A model generated the notes under the pieces. The model made no database searches. It was not told the DNA's origin and worked only from the letters and a program-made list of their open reading frames with translations. This document shows, in pieces, positions 59,600 through 64,000 of a stretch of 64,000 nucleotides of DNA (the first letter of the stretch is position 1; each line of letters opens with the position of its first letter). The position numbers and the translations under genes were made by a program. The stretch is taken from the NCBI GenBank assembly GCA_963676915.2, contig CAXXVK010000043.1, positions 64,001 to 128,000 of the forward strand, given 5' to 3'. This DNA comes from Myxococcota bacterium. Lineage in GTDB: Bacteria; Myxococcota_A; SURF-8; G963663525.

Positions 59600-61945
59600 A
59601 TGTTTCGTACGTTTTGGATGGTAGCGGTTCTTTTGGCTGGCTTTCTTTTTACGTCTTGCGGGAGCGATGATTCCGGCAATAACCAATCTCCATCCGGGGA
59701 TGAGGATTCGTTGCTGGAATCGTATGAAGAACTCGAAGATATCGGACCTTTGGTGGATCTCGTCGATCCGTTCATCGGTACCGGTGGAACGGGGTTCGGT
59801 GTCGGCGCGGCGGTTCCGGGAGCGAAAGCTCCGTTCGGGATGATTTTTCCTTCTCCCGATACGACAAGTGAAAACGGTGCCTTCGGTTTTTATCATTGTG
59901 GTGGATACTACGATCCTGACCTGATGATAGAAGGCTTCAGTCATACTCATCTGCATGGCGTCGGAGCACAGGAATACGGCAACCTGATGTTCGTGCCGTT
60001 GGCTGGAACGATGACCGATGAACGTACCGCCGTGGAAAGCTACCGCAGTACGTTTTCGAAAGATACCGAAACCGCTTCTCCCGGATATTACGCGGTAACG
60101 CTGGACAACGGTGGCATCGGAGTGGAACTTACCGCGACAGAACGGGCCGCACATCATCGGTATAGGTATCCGGCAGAGGAAGCGAGTTCCACCGGGACGG
60201 TGTTTATCGATGTTTCACAGGTCGTGACCGACGGCGAAGTGTCCGATTCCGAGGTGTCGGTAGATATCGAGAACCGACGGATCGAAGGATGGTTGATCAA
60301 TCATCATGGCTTCAGTGGCCGATACGGTGGAATTACCGTGTATTTTTCCATTCGCTTCCGGCAGGACGTCACGGCGTGGGGAACGGTACGCGAAGGTTGG
60401 TTGAAACCGGAGGTTGCCGAGCAAGTTGGAGCCAGTACAGGGGCATACCTCGAATTCGATACCTCCGGCGGTGCTGAAATCGAGTTGCAGGTGGCGCTTT
60501 CGTTTGTCAGCGTCGAGCAAGCCCGGTTGAACCTGGAAACCGAAATGCCGGATTGGGATTTCGACGCCACCCGCGCCAAGACCGAGCAGATGTGGGAAGA
60601 CGAGCTTTCCGTGGTGACCTTCAAAGGTGGTACCGAAGAACAACAGGTCATTATGGCTACGGCGCTCTACCATGCCTTTCTAATGCCGGATCTGTTCATG
60701 GATGTCGATGGCCAATATCGGGGTTTCGATTTGGAAATCCATACGGCCGAAGATTTCGTCTATTACACCGATTTTTCGATGTGGGACACCTACCGCACTT
60801 TGCATCCGCTGCTGACGCTTGTACGACCTGAGCGACAGGCCGACATGCTGCAATCGCTGGTAATGATGGCGAACCAGGGTGGATCGCTGCCGAAATGGCC
60901 GATGGGAGTGGGATATACGGATTGCATGATCGGTACACCCGCCGATGTCGTGATCGCCGATTCCTACGTCAAAGGCATTCGTGATTTCGACGCCGAAGAT
61001 GCCTATCGGTTCATGCTGGAACACGCCGAAGGTCCGGTGGACAAAGCCGGTCGTGAAGATGTGGAATCCTACAATACGTACGGATATTGCACGGTAGATA
61101 CGGCTGGAGGGTCGGTGTCCAAGACGATGGAACACGCGATTGCCGATTTCGCCATAGCCCAGATGGCGGAAGCGATGGGAAAGACGGAAGATGCCGAACT
61201 GTATAACGAGCATTCCACTCGATATCGCAATTTGTGGGATGCCGAGAATCAGTTTTTTACGGGCCGACATACGGACGGAACCTTTGTAAAAGACTACGAT
61301 TTTCTTGAATGGGAAGAGTTTTACACCGAGGGGAATTCCTGGCAATACCTATGGCTTGCCCCGCACGATCCTTTCGGATTGCGTGACTTGTTCGGTTCCG
61401 ATGATGCCATGAAGGAGAAACTGGAGGAGTTTTTCGAAAAGGCGGTAACGGAACGGGAAAACTGGAGCGCGTTGAACGATCTGCTCCCTCCGGCTTATTA
61501 CTGGCATGGAAACGAGCCGGACATTCATGCGCCGTACCTGTTTTTGTACGTTTCGCGACCTGATTTGACGCAAAAATGGGTGCATTGGGTCGCAAAAGAA
61601 CTGTATAGCACGCAACCGGATGGCATTGCCGGAAACGACGATTGCGGGACGCTTTCGGCCTGGTACGTATTTTCCGCCCTTGGTTTCTATCCCCTGGCTG
61701 GTAGCGATACCTATTGGATCGGTAGCCCGATTTTCCCGTATGCGGAACTGGATTTGGGCGATGGCGTTACGTTGGTTGTCGAGGCTCCCAATGCATCTGC
61801 TGAAAACATCTATGTGCAAAACGTGACGCTGAACGGTGAGGCATTGGACGTTCCGTGGTTTTCCCACGCAGACATTGCCGAAGGTGGGAAAATCGTTTTC
61901 GAAATGGGACCGGAGCCGTCCGATTGGGGAAAACTGAAACAGTGA
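59600..61945 (+). CDS. GH92 alpha-1,2-mannosidase family lipoprotein
   Basis: Lipobox 'FTSC', 'VDPFIGT', 'FSHTHLHG.G', 'SMWDTYR.LHPL', 'TEGNSWQY', 'HGNEP', 'GNDDCGTLSAWYVF'. Confidence 0.95.
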   Translation: MFRTFWMVAVLLAGFLFTSCGSDDSGNNQSPSGDEDSLLESYEELEDIGPLVDLVDPFIGTGGTGFGVGAAVPGAKAPFGMIFPSPDTTSENGAFGFYHCGGYYDPDLMIEGFSHTHLHGVGAQEYGNLMFVPLAGTMTDERTAVESYRSTFSKDTETASPGYYAVTLDNGGIGVELTATERAAHHRYRYPAEEASSTGTVFIDVSQVVTDGEVSDSEVSVDIENRRIEGWLINHHGFSGRYGGITVYFSIRFRQDVTAWGTVREGWLKPEVAEQVGASTGAYLEFDTSGGAEIELQVALSFVSVEQARLNLETEMPDWDFDATRAKTEQMWEDELSVVTFKGGTEEQQVIMATALYHAFLMPDLFMDVDGQYRGFDLEIHTAEDFVYYTDFSMWDTYRTLHPLLTLVRPERQADMLQSLVMMANQGGSLPKWPMGVGYTDCMIGTPADVVIADSYVKGIRDFDAEDAYRFMLEHAEGPVDKAGREDVESYNTYGYCTVDTAGGSVSKTMEHAIADFAIAQMAEAMGKTEDAELYNEHSTRYRNLWDAENQFFTGRHTDGTFVKDYDFLEWEEFYTEGNSWQYLWLAPHDPFGLRDLFGSDDAMKEKLEEFFEKAVTERENWSALNDLLPPAYYWHGNEPDIHAPYLFLYVSRPDLTQKWVHWVAKELYSTQPDGIAGNDDCGTLSAWYVFSALGFYPLAGSDTYWIGSPIFPYAELDLGDGVTLVVEAPNASAENIYVQNVTLNGEALDVPWFSHADIAEGGKIVFEMGPEPSDWGKLKQ

Positions 61946-61953
61946 GAATAACC

Positions 61954-61981
61954 AAAGGGTGCGGAAAAACCGCACCCTTTT
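61954..61981. terminator. Bidirectional terminator
   Basis: AAAGGGTGCGG/CCGCACCCTTT stem between convergent genes. Confidence 0.8.
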
Positions 61982-62016
61982 GGCTGTCTTTCTAAAACAA
62001 ATAGCGCGATGTTGCG

Positions 62017-62523
62017 CTATTTCGCTTCAGGTTCTTCCTTTTTCTCTTTGTCGTCCGGGAGTAGACCGAACGATTTCAGATCTTTTTTGTTGGCTTCTCG
62101 TACCAGTCTCACTTTGACGTTGAACTCTATGGTGATTCCCGCCAGTGGGTTGTTGGCATCCAACACCACATAATCGTCGGTGACTTCCCGTACGATCATC
62201 GAGTAGTCGCTGCCGTCATCGCGGGTGGCGGTAATGGACTGGTTGACTTCGGGGACAAGATCTTCCGGCAATTTTTCACGCGGAGCTTTGACCAGCAGTT
62301 TCGGATTGTACTCGCCGTAGGCTTTGTCCGGTGTCAGGGTAACACTGAATTCGTCTTTCGGCTCTTTGCCTTCCAATTCCGCTTCCAGGGCGGGTAGCAG
62401 CACGCCGTAGCCGTGGATGTATTGGAACATCTCGTTTTCTTGGCCAACACTTTCGATGACATCGCCTTGTTCGGTTTTCGCTTCGAGCGCGAGGCCCACC
62501 ATTGCGTTTTTGCAGATTTTCAT
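62017..62523 (-). CDS. slyD: FKBP-type PPIase, SlyD family (no His-rich tail)
   Basis: 'YIHGYG.LLPALE..LEG..AYGEY..LDANNPLAG..I.F.V'. Confidence 0.85.
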   Translation of the reverse strand: MKICKNAMVGLALEAKTEQGDVIESVGQENEMFQYIHGYGVLLPALEAELEGKEPKDEFSVTLTPDKAYGEYNPKLLVKAPREKLPEDLVPEVNQSITATRDDGSDYSMIVREVTDDYVVLDANNPLAGITIEFNVKVRLVREANKKDLKSFGLLPDDKEKKEEPEAK

Positions 62524-62524
62524 A

Positions 62525-64000
62525 TCATTTCATCCTTGTCGTTCCGTCCACGTCGAGCACCAACGGTCCCGCCTCGCGGACTTCTTTGGGTTCTTGCGCC
62601 GCGTACTGCGTGAAATTCTTCATGAAGCGCAGAGACAACTCTCTCGCCTTGCGCCAGTATTCCGTTTGATCCGCCCAGGTGTCTTCGGGGTTGAGGATCT
62701 TTTCGGGAACGCCGGGACAGGACTGAGGAACTTCCACACCGAAGACCTGATGTTTCTCCGAGGGAACCTCTGCGAGTTTGCCGGATAGCGCGGCGTCGAT
62801 CATGGCCCGAGTATACTGGATTTTGATTCGTTCGCCAACTCCATAGGGACCGCCGCTCCATCCGGTATTGACCAGCCAGCAATTCGTGTTGTGCTCGGCC
62901 ATCTTGCGTCCCAGCATTTCGGCGTATACCGCCGGCTTGCGAGCCATGAACGGAGCGCCGAAGCAGGTCGAAAACGTTGCTTGCGGTTCGGTGATGCCGC
63001 GCTCGGTGCCCGCCAGTTTCGCCGTGTAGCCGCTGAGGAAATAATACATCGCCTGTTCCGGCGAAAGTTTGGAAATCGGCGGCATGACGCCAAAAGCATC
63101 GGCGACGAGCATGACGATGTTCTTCGGATGATCCGCCATGCTTTTCGGTTGAATATTCGGAATGAATTCGAGGGGATACGAAGCTCGGGTGTTTTCGGTG
63201 ATGGAAGCGTCATCCAGAAGAATTCCGCGTGTAGTGCGGTCCATGGTGACGTTTTCCAGAATCGTACCGAAACGGCTGGTGCAGTCGTAGATTTCCGGTT
63301 CGTCCTTTTTGCTCAGACGAATGACTTTGGCATAACAGCCACCCTCGAAATTGAAAATGCCGTTGTCGCTCCATCCGTGCTCGTCGTCACCGATGAGTTT
63401 GCGGCTGGGATCAGCGGACAGAGTGGTTTTTCCCGTGCCGGACAGGCCGAAAAACAGCGCCGTATCGCCGTCTTTTCCGACATTCGCCGAACAGTGCATA
63501 CCCAGAACGCCTCGTTCGGGCATCAGATAATTCATGACGGTGAACATCGTTTTCTTGATTTCGCCGCCGTATCGGGTGTTGGCGATCAGTGCAACCCTGC
63601 GCGTGTAGTCGATGACGATCACGGCTTCCGAGTTCGTATGGTCACGAAGCGGGTCGGTTCGAAATCCCGAGGCGGAAATCAGCGTGAACGATGGAATGAA
63701 ATCCTTGGCTCCCAACGCGGGAGAACGTCGGATGAACATATTGCGGGCGAACATGCTTTGCCATGCGTCTTCGGTGATGACACGAATCGGCAGGTGATAG
63801 TTCGGATCGGCGCCAAGGTAGCAATCCTGTACGAAAACTTCCCGGTTGCGGAAGTAATCGCCGATGGCGAAATGCAAGGTATCGAAATCTTTGGGTTCGT
63901 AGCTCTCGTTAACATCGCCCCACCAGATGGTGTCTCGGGTGGTTTCATCCAGAACCGTGAATTTATCTTTGGGAGAACGTCCCGTGTACTGCCCGGTAAC
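62525..64000 (-). CDS. pckA: Phosphoenolpyruvate carboxykinase (ATP), 5' partial
   Basis: 'TGRSPKDKF', 'YGGEIKK', 'MHCSAN', 'FFGLSGTGKTTLS', 'LIGDDEHGW', 'NFEGGCYAK'. Confidence 0.97.
   Translation of the reverse strand, partial: VTGQYTGRSPKDKFTVLDETTRDTIWWGDVNESYEPKDFDTLHFAIGDYFRNREVFVQDCYLGADPNYHLPIRVITEDAWQSMFARNMFIRRSPALGAKDFIPSFTLISASGFRTDPLRDHTNSEAVIVIDYTRRVALIANTRYGGEIKKTMFTVMNYLMPERGVLGMHCSANVGKDGDTALFFGLSGTGKTTLSADPSRKLIGDDEHGWSDNGIFNFEGGCYAKVIRLSKKDEPEIYDCTSRFGTILENVTMDRTTRGILLDDASITENTRASYPLEFIPNIQPKSMADHPKNIVMLVADAFGVMPPISKLSPEQAMYYFLSGYTAKLAGTERGITEPQATFSTCFGAPFMARKPAVYAEMLGRKMAEHNTNCWLVNTGWSGGPYGVGERIKIQYTRAMIDAALSGKLAEVPSEKHQVFGVEVPQSCPGVPEKILNPEDTWADQTEYWRKARELSLRFMKNFTQYAAQEPKEVREAGPLVLDVDGTTRMK

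Overview
A ~54% GC bacterial chromosomal window. The gene content (AgmX/GltG-type proteins, a MYXO-CTERM-like anchor, many Cys-rich lipoproteins) suggests a Myxococcota-like deltaproteobacterium; this is inference. Housekeeping and metabolic genes include EF-G2, OCD/AlaDH, two SlyD-type PPIases, an AddA-like helicase-nuclease, amgK/murU, a long RSH, hflX, an acyl-CoA ligase/MaoC pair, GH92 and pckA. They are interspersed with many secreted disulfide-rich proteins. The centrepiece is a ~15 kb gene (21221-36170, ~4,980 aa once a +1 frameshift at or near a G8 tract is repaired). It encodes a secreted Gly-rich / beta-helix / lectin / FN3 protein with Cys-rich arrays apparently nested inside Ig-like domains and a C-terminal FGE-sulfatase (C-type lectin fold) domain, followed by a possible partner lipoprotein. 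Other notable items: a 202-bp MITE with 23-bp TIRs and a 10-bp target duplication that encloses a GTAG-type REP doublet upstream of hflX; a long RSH with a degenerate synthetase; a histidine kinase lacking its phospho-His; a protein with two apparently circularly permuted 'KP..Y.Y/EWG' domains under a sigma54 promoter; a tandem CX3C cationic peptide precursor; and a FadR/YsiA-type operator on an SCP2 gene. I saw no rRNA, tRNA, CRISPR array, transposase or reverse transcriptase. All product calls come from motif recognition by eye, not database searches.
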